Below, piece after piece: positions 39,249 through 53,296 of a stretch of DNA of 64,000 nucleotides. Origin of the DNA: Nitrospirales bacterium (GTDB taxonomy: Bacteria; Nitrospirota; Nitrospiria; Nitrospirales; UBA8639); assembly GCA_965203295.1 (NCBI GenBank), contig CBDBCZ010000019.1, positions 2,048,001 through 2,112,000 on the forward strand, in the 5' to 3' direction. Numbering within the stretch: the stretch's first letter is position 1; every line of letters starts with the position of its first letter. The position numbers and the translations under genes were made by a program. The notes under the pieces were generated by a model. The model saw only the letters and a list, made by a program, of their open reading frames with translations. It was not told the DNA's origin and made no database searches.

Positions 39249-40481
39249 CGTCTCACGCTCTCCGGCTATCCCAGAATCTCCGTCACCACGCCCGCGCCCA
39301 CCGTCCGGCCGCCCTCACGCACCGCAAACCGTAACCCTTGCTCCATCGCAATCGGCGAGATCAACTCCCCACTCACCGTCACATTATCCCCCGGCATCAC
39401 CATCTCCACCCCCGCATCCAACTGCACCACCCCCGTCACATCCGTCGTCCGAAAATAAAACTGGGGCCGATACCCGTTAAAAAACGGCGTGTGCCGCCCC
39501 CCTTCTTCCTTCGTCAGCACATACACTTCGCCCAGAAACTTCGTGTGCGGCGTGATCGACTTCGGCTTCGCTAACACCATCCCCCGCTCCACGTCATCTT
39601 TCTTCGTCCCCCGCAACAACGCTCCGATATTATCTCCCGCTTGCCCTTCATCCAACACTTTCCGAAACATCTCCACCCCCGTCACCACCGTCGTCTGCGT
39701 GTCCCGCAACCCCACAATCTCGATTTCATCGCCCACCTTCACTTGCCCGCGCTCGACGCGCCCCGTCACCACCGTACCCCGCCCACTGATCGTGAACACA
39801 TCTTCAATCGGCATCAAAAACGGCTTCTCGATCGCTCGCTGCGGCGTCGGCACATACGTATCGACCGCCTCTAACAACTTCAGAATCGACGGCACGCCCA
39901 CCTCGCTTTGATCCCCTTCGATCGCTTTGGTCGCTGACCCCACAATAATCGGAATCTCATCCCCCGGAAATTGATATTTCGTCAGCAATTCCCGCACTTC
40001 TAATTCCACCAACTCCAAGAGTTCCTTATCTTCGACTTTATCCGCCTTGTTGAGAAAGACCACAATGTAAGGCACCCCCACCTGTCGCGCCAACAAGATA
40101 TGTTCCCGGGTCTGGGGCATCGGCCCATCGGCCGCTGAGACCACCAAAATGGCCCCATCCATCTGCGCGGCCCCCGTGATCATGTTTTTCACATAATCGG
40201 CATGCCCCGGACAGTCCACATGCGCATAGTGCCGATTCTCTGTCTCATATTCCACGTGCGATATGGCGATCGTCAAAATCTTCGTGGCGTCCCGGCGCCC
40301 TTGCGATTCACTCGCTTTGGCCACTTCATCATAGGAGATAAATTTCGCCATCCCCTTCTCTCCCATGACCTTCGTCAACGCTGACGTTAACGTCGTCTTC
40401 CCATGGTCCACGTGCCCGATCGTCCCCACATTTAAATGCGGCTTCCGCCGCTCAAATTTCGACTTCGCCATCCTCCCCTCC
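39191..40481. repeat. 1291-bp direct repeat, copy 1 (tuf plus 5' end of rpsJ)
   Basis: Appears identical by eye to 55771-57061 (offset 16580). Confidence 0.9.
39266..40471 (-). CDS. tuf: Elongation factor Tu (str operon copy)
   Basis: [21 protein letters not shown]. Confidence 0.99.
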   Translation of the reverse strand: MAKSKFERRKPHLNVGTIGHVDHGKTTLTSALTKVMGEKGMAKFISYDEVAKASESQGRRDATKILTIAISHVEYETENRHYAHVDCPGHADYVKNMITGAAQMDGAILVVSAADGPMPQTREHILLARQVGVPYIVVFLNKADKVEDKELLELVELEVRELLTKYQFPGDEIPIIVGSATKAIEGDQSEVGVPSILKLLEAVDTYVPTPQRAIEKPFLMPIEDVFTISGRGTVVTGRVERGQVKVGDEIEIVGLRDTQTTVVTGVEMFRKVLDEGQAGDNIGALLRGTKKDDVERGMVLAKPKSITPHTKFLGEVYVLTKEEGGRHTPFFNGYRPQFYFRTTDVTGVVQLDAGVEMVMPGDNVTVSGELISPIAMEQGLRFAVREGGRTVGAGVVTEILG

Positions 40482-40557
40482 CCTTACGAACGCTCCATTC
40501 AACATGTAACATTTGACAGGCGGAGCAAGTTTTCCCAACCGTCTTTCTCAGCAGGTC

Positions 40558-42651
40558 TCATGCAGGCGTTCCAGCTCCCATATTCTTTGCAACGATCTGC
40601 TGGGAAATTTGCTTCGGAACGACGTCATAGTAATCAAATTCCATACTATAAGTGGCCCGTCCCTGTGTTCGTGAGCGCAAACCCGTTGCATAACCAAACA
40701 TCTCACTTAGGGGCACAGCTGCCTCCACAGCCTGTGAACTCGCTCGTGCTTTAATACCATGGACTTTTCCCCGACGAGAATTGAGGTCCCCAATCACATC
40801 ACCCATAAAATCCTGGGGAACCAGCACTTCAACTTTCATAAGGGGTTCCAATAAAACAGGATCGGCCTTCTTACAAGCTTCCTCAAACGCCATAGACCCA
40901 GCAATTTTAAAGGCCATTTCACTAGAATCAACTTCGTGAAACGACCCATCAAAGAGAACAACCTGAATATCCCTAGACGGGAAGCCCGCCAACACACCGG
41001 ACTCCATCCGTTCCTTTACGCCTTTTTCAATGGCTGGAATGTACTCCCTGGGAATAACTCCCCCAACAATCTTATTGATGAACTCCAAGCCAAGCCCTGG
41101 CTCTGACGGCTGCACCTTGATGACCACATGCCCATATTGCCCGCGCCCACCGGATTGCTTGATATATTTTCCCTCAGCTTGAGCTTTTCCACGGATCGTT
41201 TCCCGATAAGCCACCTCAGGCTTCCCGACATTGGCCTGGACCTTAAATTCTCGAAGAAGGCGATCAACGATGATTTCAAGGTGCAATTCGCCCATGCCAG
41301 AAATAATTGTCTGGCCAGTATCCTCGTCACTCCTGACATGAAAGGAAGGGTCTTCCTGAGACAGCTTTTCCAGCGAATAGCCAAGCTTTTCTAAGTCCTG
41401 CTTTGTTTTAGGCTCCACCGCCATGGAAATAACTGGCTCAGGGAATTTGATAACCTCCAGGAGGATAGGAGATTCTTCCGCAGAAAGAGTATCCCCAGTT
41501 CGAGCACCCTTCAGACCTACCGCGGCGGCGATATCCCCTGAATAAACCACATCAATGTCTTCGCGTTTGTTGGCATGCATTTTAAGGAGACGGCCAATTC
41601 GCTCTCGCTTGCCCTGCGTGACATTGTACACATAGGAGCCAGTTTCAAGCTTTCCTGAATACACACGAAAATAGGTCAATTGCCCAGCAAATGGATCCGA
41701 CATGATTTTAAAAGCGAGGGCAGCAAACGGCTCTTCATCACTGGTCTTTCTACTCACTTCCAACCCAGTATCTGGATGAACTCCGATAATCTCAGGAACA
41801 TCAACAGGCGCTGGAAGATAATCAACCACCGCATCAAGCAAGGGCTGAACCCCCTTATTTTTGAAGGCAGACCCACACACAACAGGGGTAATCTTCATCA
41901 TATTGGTGCCAATGCGAATCGCACGCTTAATCTCATCAACTTCCAGCAATTCTCCATCCAAATACCGTTCAAGAACTCTTTCATCAAATTCGGCAACCGC
42001 CTCTAGCATTTTCTCACGATAGTCTTGAGCCATAGAGAGGCATTCAGGTGGAATTTCTTCTGTTAAATACTCGGCTCCCAAATTATCATTATCGTATACG
42101 TAGGCCTTCATGGTGACTAGATCCAGGACTCCACGGAAGCCATCCTCTTTCCCAAGAGGTAATTGTATTGTGACAGGATTGGCGCCCAAGCGATCAATCA
42201 TAGACTGGACACTTGCAGAAAAGTCCGCTCCCAGCCTATCCATTTTATTCAGAAAGGCGATTCGGGGAACACGATATTTATCCGCTTGCCGCCATACCGT
42301 TTCTGACTGAGGCTCAACACCCTGGACAGAATCAAACGCCGCCACTGCACCATCAAGCACACGAAGGGACCGCTCAACCTCTACAGTAAAATCTACATGG
42401 CCCGGCGTATCAATAATATTAATTCGGTGATCATTCCAAAAACAGGTCGTGGCAGCTGATGTGATCGTAATACCTCGCTCTCTTTCCTGTTCCATCCAAT
42501 CCATTTGAGCCGCCCCATCATGCACTTCTCCAATTCTGTGAGACACTCCCGTATAAAAAAGGATCCGTTCAGTCGTCGTCGTCTTTCCGGCATCGATGTG
42601 CGCCATAATGCCGATATTTCTGGTACGCTCAAGTGGGTAATCTCGAACCAA
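40558..42651 (-). CDS. fusA: Elongation factor G
   Basis: Probable TTG start at 42651 after a [32 protein letters not shown]. Confidence 0.98.
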   Translation of the reverse strand: MVRDYPLERTRNIGIMAHIDAGKTTTTERILFYTGVSHRIGEVHDGAAQMDWMEQERERGITITSAATTCFWNDHRINIIDTPGHVDFTVEVERSLRVLDGAVAAFDSVQGVEPQSETVWRQADKYRVPRIAFLNKMDRLGADFSASVQSMIDRLGANPVTIQLPLGKEDGFRGVLDLVTMKAYVYDNDNLGAEYLTEEIPPECLSMAQDYREKMLEAVAEFDERVLERYLDGELLEVDEIKRAIRIGTNMMKITPVVCGSAFKNKGVQPLLDAVVDYLPAPVDVPEIIGVHPDTGLEVSRKTSDEEPFAALAFKIMSDPFAGQLTYFRVYSGKLETGSYVYNVTQGKRERIGRLLKMHANKREDIDVVYSGDIAAAVGLKGARTGDTLSAEESPILLEVIKFPEPVISMAVEPKTKQDLEKLGYSLEKLSQEDPSFHVRSDEDTGQTIISGMGELHLEIIVDRLLREFKVQANVGKPEVAYRETIRGKAQAEGKYIKQSGGRGQYGHVVIKVQPSEPGLGLEFINKIVGGVIPREYIPAIEKGVKERMESGVLAGFPSRDIQVVLFDGSFHEVDSSEMAFKIAGSMAFEEACKKADPVLLEPLMKVEVLVPQDFMGDVIGDLNSRRGKVHGIKARASSQAVEAAVPLSEMFGYATGLRSRTQGRATYSMEFDYYDVVPKQISQQIVAKNMGAGTPA

Positions 42652-42766
42652 TGTATTCCCCTCTACACACAAAGATGCTGCAGTAGCACCTCTTACTTCC
42701 TCACAATTCGGAGGAAAGCCCTGCGAAGTTCGCAGGAGGCCCGACTACAGCATTAAGAAAAAACTT

Positions 42767-43237
42767 TTACCACCGATAGTGAGCAAACGCCCGATTGGCT
42801 TCAGCCATGCGGTGAGTCTCATCCCGTTTTTTTACAGCGGCGCCAGTATTGTTCGCTGCATCAAGCAGCTCTCCAGCCAACCGCTCTCGCATGCTTTTTC
42901 CTACACGTTTCCTGGCACTTTCCTCGATCCAACGAAAGGCTAGCGCCACTTGCCGAACCCCGCGAATCTCCATAGGCACCTGGTAGGAGGCACCACCAAC
43001 TCGACGAGACTTGACTTCCACCATTGGCTTCACATTAGCCAAAGCAGAATGGAAAATTTTTAACGGGTCATCTCCCGTTTTAGTATGAATGAGGTCAAAC
43101 GCGCCATAACAGACACTTTGCGCAGTGCTCTTTTTCCCCTTCGTCATGAGTATGTTGATAAACTTCCCCACTAAAGGATCGCCACAACGTGGGTCAGGAG
43201 CAACGTGTCTTTGACTCGCACTTGAACCTCTCGACAT
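42767..43237 (-). CDS. rpsG: 30S ribosomal protein S7
   Basis: [24 protein letters not shown]. Confidence 0.98.
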   Translation of the reverse strand: MSRGSSASQRHVAPDPRCGDPLVGKFINILMTKGKKSTAQSVCYGAFDLIHTKTGDDPLKIFHSALANVKPMVEVKSRRVGGASYQVPMEIRGVRQVALAFRWIEESARKRVGKSMRERLAGELLDAANNTGAAVKKRDETHRMAEANRAFAHYRW

Positions 43238-43286
43238 CTAATAAAACCCCTGATGAAAACCTCAATAATTGATGGCTGATAATTCT

Positions 43287-43658
43287 CTACTTGGGACGCT
43301 TGGTGCCATATTTGGACCGACCCTGCTTTCGATTGGCCACACCAACCGCATCTAATGCCCCCCTTACCATGTGGTAACGAACACCTGGCAAGTCTTTAAC
43401 CCTACCACCACGCACCAATACAATAGAATGCTCTTGAAGATTGTGACCCATTCCAGGAATGTAAGTGGTCACTTCAACGCCAGTCGTCAACCGAACACGG
43501 GCCACTTTTCGAAGAGCAGAATTTGGCTTTTTAGGAGTTGTGGTGTATACCCTCAGACAAACACCTCTTCGCTGTGGGCAACGGTTCAACGCCGCGCTTT
43601 TACTCTTGGTTTTTGTGGTCTCGCGACCCTTGCGAACTAATTGATTAACAGTGGGCAT
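43287..43658 (-). CDS. rpsL: 30S ribosomal protein S12
   Basis: [31 protein letters not shown]. Confidence 0.98.
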   Translation of the reverse strand: MPTVNQLVRKGRETTKTKSKSAALNRCPQRRGVCLRVYTTTPKKPNSALRKVARVRLTTGVEVTTYIPGMGHNLQEHSIVLVRGGRVKDLPGVRYHMVRGALDAVGVANRKQGRSKYGTKRPK

Positions 43659-43704
43659 TCCCAAATTTCTCCAATTTCTTCAAAGTACCACGGAAAAACG
43701 ATGA

Positions 43705-43733
43705 ATTATAGAGACCGAGAAAAAACCTGTCAA
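43705..43733 (-). promoter_or_regulatory. Perfect consensus sigma70 promoter for the str operon
   Basis: TTGACA-17 nt-TATAAT on the minus strand. Confidence 0.9.
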
Positions 43734-43742
43734 GGTTCGCAG

Positions 43743-46700
43743 CTATTTGGTGACCCCAATTTCTGCCGCACTCGTCTCTAAAGCGGGTTTCTGAACCTGG
43801 GATACCTGCACAGATTCCCCTTCTCCTTCTGAATCAATCACATCATCAATGGGTTTTGGTAAATAGGTTTCACGATAGACAGAAAATCCTGTCCCTGCAG
43901 GAATGAGCCGCCCAACGATGACATTTTCTTTTAACCCTCGAAGATCATCCACACGTCCATTAATCGCCGCCTCGGTAAGTACTCGCGTCGTTTCCTGAAA
44001 GGAAGCTCCAGAAATAAAACTGTCTGTACTCAGCGAGGCTTTCGTAATACCCAAAAGGACTGGTTTTCCAATCGCCGGCTTCCCTCCTTCGGCCATCACC
44101 CTTTCATTTTCATCCGTGAATGCAAATTTGCCGACCTGAGCCCCATGCAGGAAACAGGAGTCACCAGGATCTTCAATTCGTATCTTTCGCAGCATTTGTC
44201 GAGCAATGATTTCAATATGTTTATCGTTAATCGATACACCTTGAAGGCGATACACCTCCTGAACCTGATTCACCAAATACCGCTGCAATTCACGAGGCCC
44301 TAGGACATTGAGAATATCATGGGGATTAGCCGATCCATCCATTAAGGGTTCACCAGCTCGGACCCAATCACCTTCATGGACATTGACATGCTTACCGCGA
44401 GGAACAAAATATTCTTTGATGTCACCCATCTTATTATCCACGGTAATCTTCCGCATACCCTTCACAAACCCACCAAACGAAATTTCCCCATCGATCTCAC
44501 TGATAACGGCTTGCTCCTTAGGTCTCCTCGCTTCAAAGAGTTCGGCAACCCTGGGTAACCCTCCGGTGATATCCTTCGTCTTGGTCGTTTCTCTGGGAAT
44601 CTTGGCTAACACATCACCGGGATGCACGGTGCCGCCTTTTTCAATAAATATATGAGCCCCTACTGGCAACAAATACCGGGCTAACGATGAGGACCCTGGC
44701 ATTTTTGCCGTTTTACCTGTCTCATCTTTAATAGAAAGCCGCGGTCGCAAATTTGTTCCTGACTGCTCAATCACAACTTTTCTTGACAAACCCGTGACCT
44801 CATCAACTTCTTCTTGCATGGTGACCCCCTCTGTAATATCCCCGTAGGCCACCCTTCCTCCAACTTCGGTCAAAATCGAAAGTGAGTAGGGATCCCACTC
44901 CACAAGTTTTTGACCAACCGTCACCTTTTCCCCATCCTTGACCTTAATTTTCGCTCCATAGACTACCGGGTACTTTTCACGCTCACGTTTAGATTCATCA
45001 TAAACCGCAATTTTTCCATTTCGATGCATGACAACCCACTCTCCTTCTTTATTCTTCACTGCCATACCAGGATTATGGAAATCAGCGTTCTTTTTCGCAT
45101 CAAAGCTCAAATACCGCAAAACACCATCATGACCGGATTCAAGTACCGTTTGTTCGACAACTTTACTGGCAGTCCCTCCAATATGGAACGTTCGCATGGT
45201 GAGCTGGGTGCCAGGCTCCCCAATGGATTGGGCTGCGATCACACCAACCGGCTCTCCCATTTCCACCAATCGTCCACGCGCTAAATCGCGTCCGTAACAT
45301 TTCGCACAAACACCCCAACGCGCTTGGCACGTCAAAACAGATCGGATTTTGACCCTATCAATTCCAGATTCCACAACGGTGGCGACGGTGACTTCATCCA
45401 ATTCCTGATCACGCTTAACAATAATTTTGTCAGTGATCGGATCATGCACGTCTTCTGCGGTGAGCCTGCCAAGAATTCTTTCCTCTAAAGGTTGGACCAC
45501 TTCCCCACCTTCAACCAATGCCGAGACTTCAATACCATCTGCTGTTTGGCAATCAGGCTCAGTCACGATGACATCTTGTGAAATATCCACCAACCTCCGC
45601 GTGAGATAGCCAGAATTGGCGGTCTTGAGAGCAGTGTCAGCCAATCCCTTTCTCGCACCATGCGTGGAAATAAAGTATTGTAAAACGTTCAAGCCTTCCC
45701 GAAAGTTCGCCGTAATCGGTGTTTCGATAATTTCACCAGAGGGCTTGGCCATAAGACCTCGCATGCCCCCAAGCTGACGGATCTGCTGTGAGCTTCCTCG
45801 TGCACCTGAATCAGACATCATAAAAATCGGGTTCAGCACCTCACTTTGGCTCCGTCCTCCCCCAGAACTAATCTCCTTCATCATCTCATTTGCCACCTGC
45901 TCACTCACATGGGCCCAAATGTCTATGATTTTGTTATAGCGCTCGCCATTGGTGATGAGGCCTTCCCCATATTGGTTCTCAACTTCCCCAACCTCTTGTT
46001 GAGCTTTTTTTATAAATTCGGCTTTTCGGGTTGGGATATGCATGTTATCAATACAAATGGATACCCCGGCCCTCGTCGCGTAAGCAAATCCAAGATGTTT
46101 GAGTTTATCTAACATGACCACTGTGTCATGGAGTCCTGCCTGACGGTACACCACATCGATTAATCTGGTCATCTCCTTTTTCGTCATCAATTTATTGACA
46201 TAAGAAAAGTCAATGCCAGGAGGAAGAATTTCCCCAAGAAGCACACGACCCACTGTTGTTTCAACTAAGGAACCTTGAACTCGCATTTTAATCTTCGCCT
46301 GCTCCTCAAGTTCTTGAGCGTCATAGGCAATCCGGACTTCCTCAGGGGAAGACAACACCTTGCCTTCACCCTTCGCCCCGACTCGTTCCTGAGTCAACCA
46401 ATAACTGCCTAAGACCATATCTTGGGAAGGAATCGCCAGAGGTCGTCCGTTTGCAGGGGAAAGGACGTTGTTAATGGACATCATTAACACTCGAGCTTCA
46501 ATTTGAGCCTCAATCGAGAGCGGAACATGAACAGCCATTTGATCACCGTCGAAATCAGCATTAAAGGCAGCACATACCAACGGATGAAGTCGAATGGCCT
46601 TGCCTTCCACTAAAACAGGATCAAAAGCTTGCATGCCAAGACGATGCAGCGTCGGAGCACGGTTCAAGATGACTGGATGTTCTCGAATGACATCATCCAA

Positions 46701-47942
46701 CACATCCCACACTTCAGGACGTTCTTTTTCCACCAACCGCTTAGCACTCTTAATGGTGGTAGCCGCTCCACGCTCCTCCAATTTATGGAAGATAAACGGT
46801 TTAAAGAGTTCCAGTGCCATCTTTTTGGGAAGCCCGCATTGATTCAATTTTAACTCCGGGCCAACCACGATGACGGAACGACCAGAATAATCAACTCTTT
46901 TTCCAAGAAGGTTTTGGCGGAAACGCCCCTGCTTTCCCTTCAACATATCACTTAACGACTTTAAGGGCCGTTTGTTCGCACCTCGGATCGTCCGCCCCCT
47001 TCGTCCATTATCAAATAAAGCATCCACCGCTTCCTGGAGCATTCGCATTTCATTCCGAATGATCACCCCAGGCGCCTTCAATTCCACCAAACGCTTGAGT
47101 CGATTATTCCGATTGATCACCCGTCGATAGAGATCATTCAAATCTGATGTGGCAAAACGCCCACCATCTAAGGGCACGAGTGGACGCAACTCAGGAGGTA
47201 ACACCGGAATGACATCTACAATCATCCATTCCGGTTTATTCCCAGATTTATGAAATGCTTCGATCACTTTGAGCCACTTCGTTAATTTTTTCGTATTGAC
47301 CGCGGAAGTCGTGGTTCTGACCTTTTCATGGCGTTCATTCCATAACCCCTCGATATCAATCTTCCGTAACAATTCTCGAATCGCCTCTGCACCAATCCCG
47401 ACTCGGAACGCATCACTTCCATATTCATCTACGCATTCTCGATATTTTTCCTCAGTAAGGAGTTCCTTTTCACGTAGTGGCGTAGAGCCAGGATCAACCA
47501 CTACATAGGCTTCAAAATATAAAATTTTCTCCAACTGCTTGAGGCTCATATCCAAAAGAATACCGATTCGACTAGGAACACCTTTTAAAAACCAGATGTG
47601 GGCCACTGAGGCGGCTAATTCAATATGCCCCATCCTCTCACGTCTGACCTTGGATTGGATGACCTCAACTCCACACTTATCACACACAATTCCTCGATGT
47701 TTCATCCGTTTATATTTTCCACAATTGCATTCCCAATCCTTTGTCGGCCCAAAAATCTTGGCGCAAAACAATCCGTCTTTTTCCGGCTTAAACGAGCGGT
47801 AATTGATAGTTTCGGGTTTTTTGACCTCCCCATATGACCACGAGCGAATCTTTTCTGGCGAGGCAATCCGAATCCTCATTGCATCAAAAGAAACGGCATC
47901 ACGTGGCTTTTCAAAGAGCGCATAGATATTGTCCAAGGTCAT
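43743..47942 (-). CDS. rpoC: RNA polymerase beta' subunit (start may be TTG 47936)
   Basis: [12 protein letters not shown] catalytic motif; N-terminal Zn finger. Confidence 0.99.
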   Translation of the reverse strand: MTLDNIYALFEKPRDAVSFDAMRIRIASPEKIRSWSYGEVKKPETINYRSFKPEKDGLFCAKIFGPTKDWECNCGKYKRMKHRGIVCDKCGVEVIQSKVRRERMGHIELAASVAHIWFLKGVPSRIGILLDMSLKQLEKILYFEAYVVVDPGSTPLREKELLTEEKYRECVDEYGSDAFRVGIGAEAIRELLRKIDIEGLWNERHEKVRTTTSAVNTKKLTKWLKVIEAFHKSGNKPEWMIVDVIPVLPPELRPLVPLDGGRFATSDLNDLYRRVINRNNRLKRLVELKAPGVIIRNEMRMLQEAVDALFDNGRRGRTIRGANKRPLKSLSDMLKGKQGRFRQNLLGKRVDYSGRSVIVVGPELKLNQCGLPKKMALELFKPFIFHKLEERGAATTIKSAKRLVEKERPEVWDVLDDVIREHPVILNRAPTLHRLGMQAFDPVLVEGKAIRLHPLVCAAFNADFDGDQMAVHVPLSIEAQIEARVLMMSINNVLSPANGRPLAIPSQDMVLGSYWLTQERVGAKGEGKVLSSPEEVRIAYDAQELEEQAKIKMRVQGSLVETTVGRVLLGEILPPGIDFSYVNKLMTKKEMTRLIDVVYRQAGLHDTVVMLDKLKHLGFAYATRAGVSICIDNMHIPTRKAEFIKKAQQEVGEVENQYGEGLITNGERYNKIIDIWAHVSEQVANEMMKEISSGGGRSQSEVLNPIFMMSDSGARGSSQQIRQLGGMRGLMAKPSGEIIETPITANFREGLNVLQYFISTHGARKGLADTALKTANSGYLTRRLVDISQDVIVTEPDCQTADGIEVSALVEGGEVVQPLEERILGRLTAEDVHDPITDKIIVKRDQELDEVTVATVVESGIDRVKIRSVLTCQARWGVCAKCYGRDLARGRLVEMGEPVGVIAAQSIGEPGTQLTMRTFHIGGTASKVVEQTVLESGHDGVLRYLSFDAKKNADFHNPGMAVKNKEGEWVVMHRNGKIAVYDESKREREKYPVVYGAKIKVKDGEKVTVGQKLVEWDPYSLSILTEVGGRVAYGDITEGVTMQEEVDEVTGLSRKVVIEQSGTNLRPRLSIKDETGKTAKMPGSSSLARYLLPVGAHIFIEKGGTVHPGDVLAKIPRETTKTKDITGGLPRVAELFEARRPKEQAVISEIDGEISFGGFVKGMRKITVDNKMGDIKEYFVPRGKHVNVHEGDWVRAGEPLMDGSANPHDILNVLGPRELQRYLVNQVQEVYRLQGVSINDKHIEIIARQMLRKIRIEDPGDSCFLHGAQVGKFAFTDENERVMAEGGKPAIGKPVLLGITKASLSTDSFISGASFQETTRVLTEAAINGRVDDLRGLKENVIVGRLIPAGTGFSVYRETYLPKPIDDVIDSEGEGESVQVSQVQKPALETSAAEIGVTK

Positions 47943-48001
47943 CCTCTCCGGTTTAAATTCATTGCTTCCAACATAATTTCTTGTTCGCTATTTCTTGTTC
48001 G

Positions 48002-48311
48002 CTAACAAGCCGTTGAAAAGTCAAGGTGTTCATGTTTGGGGTTCTTCATGAAGAAGCCAATATCACGCAAAAATCTCGCGAGCGTTTTTAAAAGGCCTAT
48101 CCATCGAGGATTGAACTCCAAGCCTCCCAATCATGACCGTCCCCGGGGAGTCCATCCCGGGGACAACCCCAGAGGATTGAGCCTTGTCATTCCCAAAGCG
48201 AGAGCACCCCTTCAAACATCTCTCACGCTAAGAGGGGAAATCTACTCTCAGCGTGCTAGACCACAAAAAGCGAGGGGAGCGAGTGATACGAGAGACTTCT
48301 TAAACAACCTA
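48002..48311. mobile_element. Degenerate MITE-like insertion between rpoB and rpoC
   Basis: Imperfect terminal inverted repeats AAGCCGTTGAAAAGTC and (reverse complement) AGGTTGTTTAAGAAGTC; internal palindrome 48139-48164; no transposase. Confidence 0.4.
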
Positions 48312-51300
48312 CGAATCATTTGATTTCATCAACTCAACATCAAGACCGAGGCTTTGGAGTTCTTTAACCAAAACGTTAAAGGACTCAGGCAGCCCTGGCT
48401 CCAAAAAGTTTTCTCCCTTAACCACAGCCTCGTACATTCGAGACCGGCCAGGGACATCATCGGACTTGACAGTGAGAAACTCTTGAAGGGTTGAAGCCGC
48501 CCCGTAGGCCTGAAGCGCCCAGACTTCCATTTCGCCTAAGCGCTGACCGCCAAATTGAGCTTTTCCACCTAACGGTTGTTGGGTCACCAACGAATAGGGC
48601 CCGATTGATCTCGCGTGGATTTTATCGTCTACTAAGTGATGGAGCTTCATCATATACACATAGCCAACGGTCACAGGGCTTTTAAAAGATTCTCCAGTTC
48701 GGCCATCATACACGAGAGATTGCCCGGACTCTGGCAAGGCGGCTTTTTTCAATAACTCTTTAATCTCCTTTTCCGTGGCTCCATCAAACACAGGGCTAGC
48801 CATGTGAAGGCCCAAAGCTTTGGCCGCCCATCCCAAGTGCGTTTCCAAAATCTGCCCTACATTCATTCGGGAAGGTACGCCAAGAGGATTGAGAACAATT
48901 TCTATGGGAGTGCCGTCTGGCAAGTAGGGCATATCCTCATCCGGAAGGATCCGAGAAACCACTCCCTTGTTGCCATGGCGGCCAGCCATTTTGTCCCCGA
49001 CCGAAATCTTCCGTTTGATCGCCAAATACACTTTAACCAACTTAATCACACCAGGAGGCAATTCATCTCCTCGTCTCAATCGCCCAACCTTTTCGTCGTA
49101 AGAGGTTTGCAATAATTCAAACTGGTCTTTGGTTGCTTGCTCAATTTCCTCAAGTTTCTTTTGCTCATCTATGTCCCCGAGGATGACTCGTCGCACATCA
49201 TCATTGCCTAGCCTCCTCAACACCTCGGCAGTAATTTTCCCTTTTTTCTTCAGAATCACTTCTCCGTGTTCCGGATCCATGAGATCCCGACCAACAACCT
49301 GACCCAGCAAGAGTTTCCGAATTCTCTTATTTCGTTCTTCATCAATAATGCGAAGCTCATCCTGGTAATTCCGCTCAATCTTTACCCGATCCTCGGATTC
49401 AATCGTTTTCGATCGCTCATCTTTATCCATTCCTTTTCGGGAAAAGATCTTGACATCGACGACAATGCCCTCAATCCCTGGGGGGACTTGAAGTGACGTA
49501 TCTTTCACATCACCAGCCTTTTCCCCAAAAATGGCCCGCAACAGTTTTTCTTCCGGGGTCAATTGGGTTTCACCCTTTGGGGTCACCTTCCCAACCAATA
49601 TGTCCCCGGCTTTGACTTCAGCTCCAATCCTGACAATCCCACTTTCATCAAGACTCCGCAGTGTTTCTTCCCCTAAATTAGGAATATCTCTGGTGATCTC
49701 TTCCTTTCCAAGTTTAGTATCTCTCGCTTCAACCTCAAACTCTTCAATATGAATGGAGGTAAAGGTATCCTCTCTGACGAGTTTTTCACTAATAAGTATG
49801 GCATCTTCGAAGTTGTATCCACCCCAAGGCATGAATCCCACGAGGACGTTCTTACCTAACGCTAATTCACCTCGATCAATCGCTGGACCATCAGCCAGGA
49901 CCTGCCCAACTCTTACGGGCTGTCCGACCCGAACGATAGGTGTTTGGGTAACACACGTATTTTGATTCGTCCGCTGAAATTTCACGAGGTCATAGGTATC
50001 TAAAACACGACTACCTTTCCGTTTGCCATCCTCCTTTTCTTCGGGCAACCCTGTCCTGACCACAATTCGTCTTGCGTCAACACTCTCAACCACCCCGCTC
50101 CGTTTTGCTTGTTCGACATACCCGGAATCCCGAGCCACCACAGCTTCAATACCCGTCCCCACCAACGGTGCATCATTTTGAATGAGAGGAACGGCTTGGC
50201 GTTGCATATTGGATCCCATCAACGCCCGATTGGCATCATCATGTTCTAAAAACGGAATCAGCGCCGTGGCGACACTCACCACTTGCTTGGGCGACACATC
50301 CAAGTAATCGACCTTATCAGGAGAGACAGTAATAAATTCCCCATCATACCGGGCTATCACGGTGTCTGTTACGATTCGCCCACTCCCATCCAACTTTGAA
50401 TTTGCCTGAGCGATGACATACCGAGCCCCTTCCAGAGGAGAAAGAAACTCCACCTCATCCGTAACCCGTCCTTTTCGAAACTTTCGGAACGGGGCCTCGA
50501 TGAATCCGAATTCATTAATTTGAGCGAAGGTTGCCAATGAGGTGATCAGACCAATGTTGGGACCTTCAGGAGTTTCAATTGGGCAAATCCGACTATAATG
50601 GGAGGGATGGACGTCGCGAACTTCAAAGCCTGCTCGCTCTCGAGTTAAGCCACCTGGACCTAATGCCGACAACCGTCGCTTATGAGTAATTTCTGCGAGC
50701 GGGTTCGTCTGATCCATGAACTGCGATAACTGGCTTCCAGCGAAAAACTCTTTAATGGCCGCAACGATAGGCTTGGCGTTGATGAGGTCATGAGGAAGGG
50801 CTGTATCCATATCGAGTAAATTCATTCGCTCTTTAATACTGCGTTCCATTCTGGCCAATCCAATACGGATTTGGTTTTCCAAGAGTTCCCCCACCGACCG
50901 AACCCGTCGATTCCCTAAATGGTCGATATCATCGACTTCCCCTTTCCCCATTTTTAAATTCACAAGGCACCTGATGACTTCCACCACATCCTGAGGGGTT
51001 AACACCCTTTGGTCCAGCGATAAATCCATATCAAGCCGATTATTCATTTTTAATCGCCCGACGGGGGAAAGATCATAGCGCTTGGGGTTCTTGAAGAGAT
51101 TCTCAAACAACAACTGGGCAGATTCCACAGAGGGCATTTCACCAGGTCTCAAGCGTTTGTAAATTTCAACCCAAGCTTCTTCTTTAGAATTCGTTTTCTC
51201 CGCATCAAGGGTGTTGAGAATTACAGGGGTCACAGTCGTGCTATCCAGGTAAATAACTTTGAAGCTGTCAACACGGCTCGCCAAAATTTTCTCGATTGAG

Positions 51301-52283
51301 GGAAGGTCTAGTCGTTGTTTTTTTTCAAGGAGTAATTCACCTGTCCCAGGATCAACCAGGTCCGTCAAAACCGCCCGACCCACCAATTCCTCAGGTTTCA
51401 AAGGCAATTCCTTGATACCCGACGCCTTTAATTTCCCCATCAGCCCCTTTGTGATTTTAACGCCTTCCCGAAGAAGAGGCTCCCTTCCACCTTTTTCAAA
51501 CACTTCAGCGGAAGTTCGAAGCCCCGTGTGCAACTCTGAGGCAAGCTTTCTCAATAAGCGCTCTCCGATGACCCGAATCTCTTCGACTGGATAATACATT
51601 CTCAAGAGATCATCACCGGAATGACCGAACGCTTTCAGGAGAATCGTGGCCGGCATTTTCCGCCTTCGGTCGATCCGAACATAGAGAATGTCCCGAGCGT
51701 CAAACTCAAAATCCAACCAAGACCCTCTATAAGGTATGATTCGAGCCGAGTAGAGGACCTTCCCGCTTGAATGAGTTCGCCCTTTGTCATGACTAAACGA
51801 AGACCCAGGAGATCGATGAAGTTGACTCACGACCACCCGCTCTGTTCCATTAATGATGAAAGTTCCTCGGTCAGTCATTAACGGGAGTTCCCCGATGTAG
51901 ACTTCCTGCTCCCTGACATCCAACACTTTGTTCTTGACGCCTTTTTCTTGAGTGTCAAACACCACCAAACGAATCTTGAGTTTGAGAGGAGCCGCATAGG
52001 TCATCCCCTGCTCCCAACATTCTCGCAAATCATATTTGGGAACCCCTAAGGAATAACTCGAAAACTCAAGCAAAGCCGTATTGTTGTAATCAGTGATAGG
52101 AAACACACTCTTCAATGCTGATTGGAGTCCTTTTTCCTTTCGCCGTTCAGGCTCCACATTTCCCTGAAGAAATTCTTCATAAGAACGCTTTTGAACGTCG
52201 ACCAAATCCGGAATATCAATCGTCGATTTAATTTTCGAGAAATCTTTTCGGTGGATGATCTCTGACTGAGATACTTGGGCCAT
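48309..52283 (-). CDS. rpoB: RNA polymerase beta subunit
   Basis: Start ATG 52283 after [37 protein letters not shown]. Confidence 0.99.
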   Translation of the reverse strand: MAQVSQSEIIHRKDFSKIKSTIDIPDLVDVQKRSYEEFLQGNVEPERRKEKGLQSALKSVFPITDYNNTALLEFSSYSLGVPKYDLRECWEQGMTYAAPLKLKIRLVVFDTQEKGVKNKVLDVREQEVYIGELPLMTDRGTFIINGTERVVVSQLHRSPGSSFSHDKGRTHSSGKVLYSARIIPYRGSWLDFEFDARDILYVRIDRRRKMPATILLKAFGHSGDDLLRMYYPVEEIRVIGERLLRKLASELHTGLRTSAEVFEKGGREPLLREGVKITKGLMGKLKASGIKELPLKPEELVGRAVLTDLVDPGTGELLLEKKQRLDLPSIEKILASRVDSFKVIYLDSTTVTPVILNTLDAEKTNSKEEAWVEIYKRLRPGEMPSVESAQLLFENLFKNPKRYDLSPVGRLKMNNRLDMDLSLDQRVLTPQDVVEVIRCLVNLKMGKGEVDDIDHLGNRRVRSVGELLENQIRIGLARMERSIKERMNLLDMDTALPHDLINAKPIVAAIKEFFAGSQLSQFMDQTNPLAEITHKRRLSALGPGGLTRERAGFEVRDVHPSHYSRICPIETPEGPNIGLITSLATFAQINEFGFIEAPFRKFRKGRVTDEVEFLSPLEGARYVIAQANSKLDGSGRIVTDTVIARYDGEFITVSPDKVDYLDVSPKQVVSVATALIPFLEHDDANRALMGSNMQRQAVPLIQNDAPLVGTGIEAVVARDSGYVEQAKRSGVVESVDARRIVVRTGLPEEKEDGKRKGSRVLDTYDLVKFQRTNQNTCVTQTPIVRVGQPVRVGQVLADGPAIDRGELALGKNVLVGFMPWGGYNFEDAILISEKLVREDTFTSIHIEEFEVEARDTKLGKEEITRDIPNLGEETLRSLDESGIVRIGAEVKAGDILVGKVTPKGETQLTPEEKLLRAIFGEKAGDVKDTSLQVPPGIEGIVVDVKIFSRKGMDKDERSKTIESEDRVKIERNYQDELRIIDEERNKRIRKLLLGQVVGRDLMDPEHGEVILKKKGKITAEVLRRLGNDDVRRVILGDIDEQKKLEEIEQATKDQFELLQTSYDEKVGRLRRGDELPPGVIKLVKVYLAIKRKISVGDKMAGRHGNKGVVSRILPDEDMPYLPDGTPIEIVLNPLGVPSRMNVGQILETHLGWAAKALGLHMASPVFDGATEKEIKELLKKAALPESGQSLVYDGRTGESFKSPVTVGYVYMMKLHHLVDDKIHARSIGPYSLVTQQPLGGKAQFGGQRLGEMEVWALQAYGAASTLQEFLTVKSDDVPGRSRMYEAVVKGENFLEPGLPESFNVLVKELQSLGLDVELMKSNDS

Positions 52284-52369
52284 GCCGAACTCCTTACCCT
52301 TCAATCGCGTTAACACATCCTCGATGAACAACCCAAATGGTTGCCTACCTTATCGCACTCGCTCAACCG

Positions 52370-52762
52370 TTACTTCACTTCCACGGTTGCCCCAGCCTCT
52401 TGGAGCTTCTTTTGAATCGTGTCAGTCTCCTCCTTCGAGATACCCTCTTTGACTGGCTTGGGAGTCCCTTCAACCAAATCTTTGGCTTCTTTGAGTCCAA
52501 GTCCGGTCAACTCCCGGATGACTTTAATCACTTGAATCTTCTTATCTGTGGGAAAACTGGCCAAAATGACATCGAATGAATCTTTTTCTTCGGCTGCCGG
52601 CGCTGCTGCACCTGGTGCCGCTGCAACAGCGACTGGAGCAGCAGCGGTCACACCAAACCGCTCTTCTAGTCCTTTCACTAAATCTGAGAGTTCCAACACA
52701 CTCATCCCCTCAACAGCCGTAATAAATTCCTCTTTTGATAACTTTGTCCCTCCCGTTGCCAT
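52370..52762 (-). CDS. rplL: 50S ribosomal protein L7/L12 from an internal start
   Basis: AAGGAG (52771-52776) 8 nt before ATG 52762; [25 protein letters not shown]. Confidence 0.85.
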   Translation of the reverse strand: MATGGTKLSKEEFITAVEGMSVLELSDLVKGLEERFGVTAAAPVAVAAAPGAAAPAAEEKDSFDVILASFPTDKKIQVIKVIRELTGLGLKEAKDLVEGTPKPVKEGISKEETDTIQKKLQEAGATVEVK

Positions 52763-53296
52763 TTGGCTTTCTCCTTTCTTTTTTTCTTGAATCGCTGCCA
52801 AGATTGCCACCAATCCGCGATTTAACTCGTTTAAGACCCCTACGAGCCCACGAACGGGACCTTGCAGGGCCGAAAGCAACATGGAAAGCATCTCAGATTT
52901 CGATGGCAGATCGGCAATCTCAATAATTTTGGACGGCAGGAGAGTATTGCCCTCCAAGAATCCACCCCGATATCGAATTTTCTCTTCACACTTTTCATTT
53001 CGAATAAAATCCCGCAAAATTTTGGCAGGCAAAACAGGGTCATCATATCCAACTACCACCGCTGTCTGGCCTTTAAACAGATCTTTAATCGAGGAGAAAG
53101 GCGTGCCCTCGACTCCTCGAATGGCCATAGTATTTTTGACAACCTTCAACTCAGCCTGGGCACCACGTAATTGCCGCCGCAAGCCTGTCACCTGATTCAC
53201 AGAAATGCTTGAGCATTCGGTCAAAACAGCCATCTTGGCTCTTGAAAACATCTCATGGAGATCTGCTACTGCTTCAGCCTTTTCTTCCTTTTTCAT
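52370..53296 (-). CDS. rplJ: In-frame fusion of 50S L10 and L7/L12 (308 aa)
   Basis: L10 (VVKNT, LPSKSE) runs without a stop through QEKKKGESQ into L12. Confidence 0.85.
   Translation of the reverse strand: MKKEEKAEAVADLHEMFSRAKMAVLTECSSISVNQVTGLRRQLRGAQAELKVVKNTMAIRGVEGTPFSSIKDLFKGQTAVVVGYDDPVLPAKILRDFIRNEKCEEKIRYRGGFLEGNTLLPSKIIEIADLPSKSEMLSMLLSALQGPVRGLVGVLNELNRGLVAILAAIQEKKKGESQMATGGTKLSKEEFITAVEGMSVLELSDLVKGLEERFGVTAAAPVAVAAAPGAAAPAAEEKDSFDVILASFPTDKKIQVIKVIRELTGLGLKEAKDLVEGTPKPVKEGISKEETDTIQKKLQEAGATVEVK

Noticed and set aside
48036..48323. 95-aa plus-strand ORF in the rpoB-rpoC spacer
   Set aside because: TTG start, no SD, no motifs, antisense to the operon; better explained as part of the degenerate repeat element.
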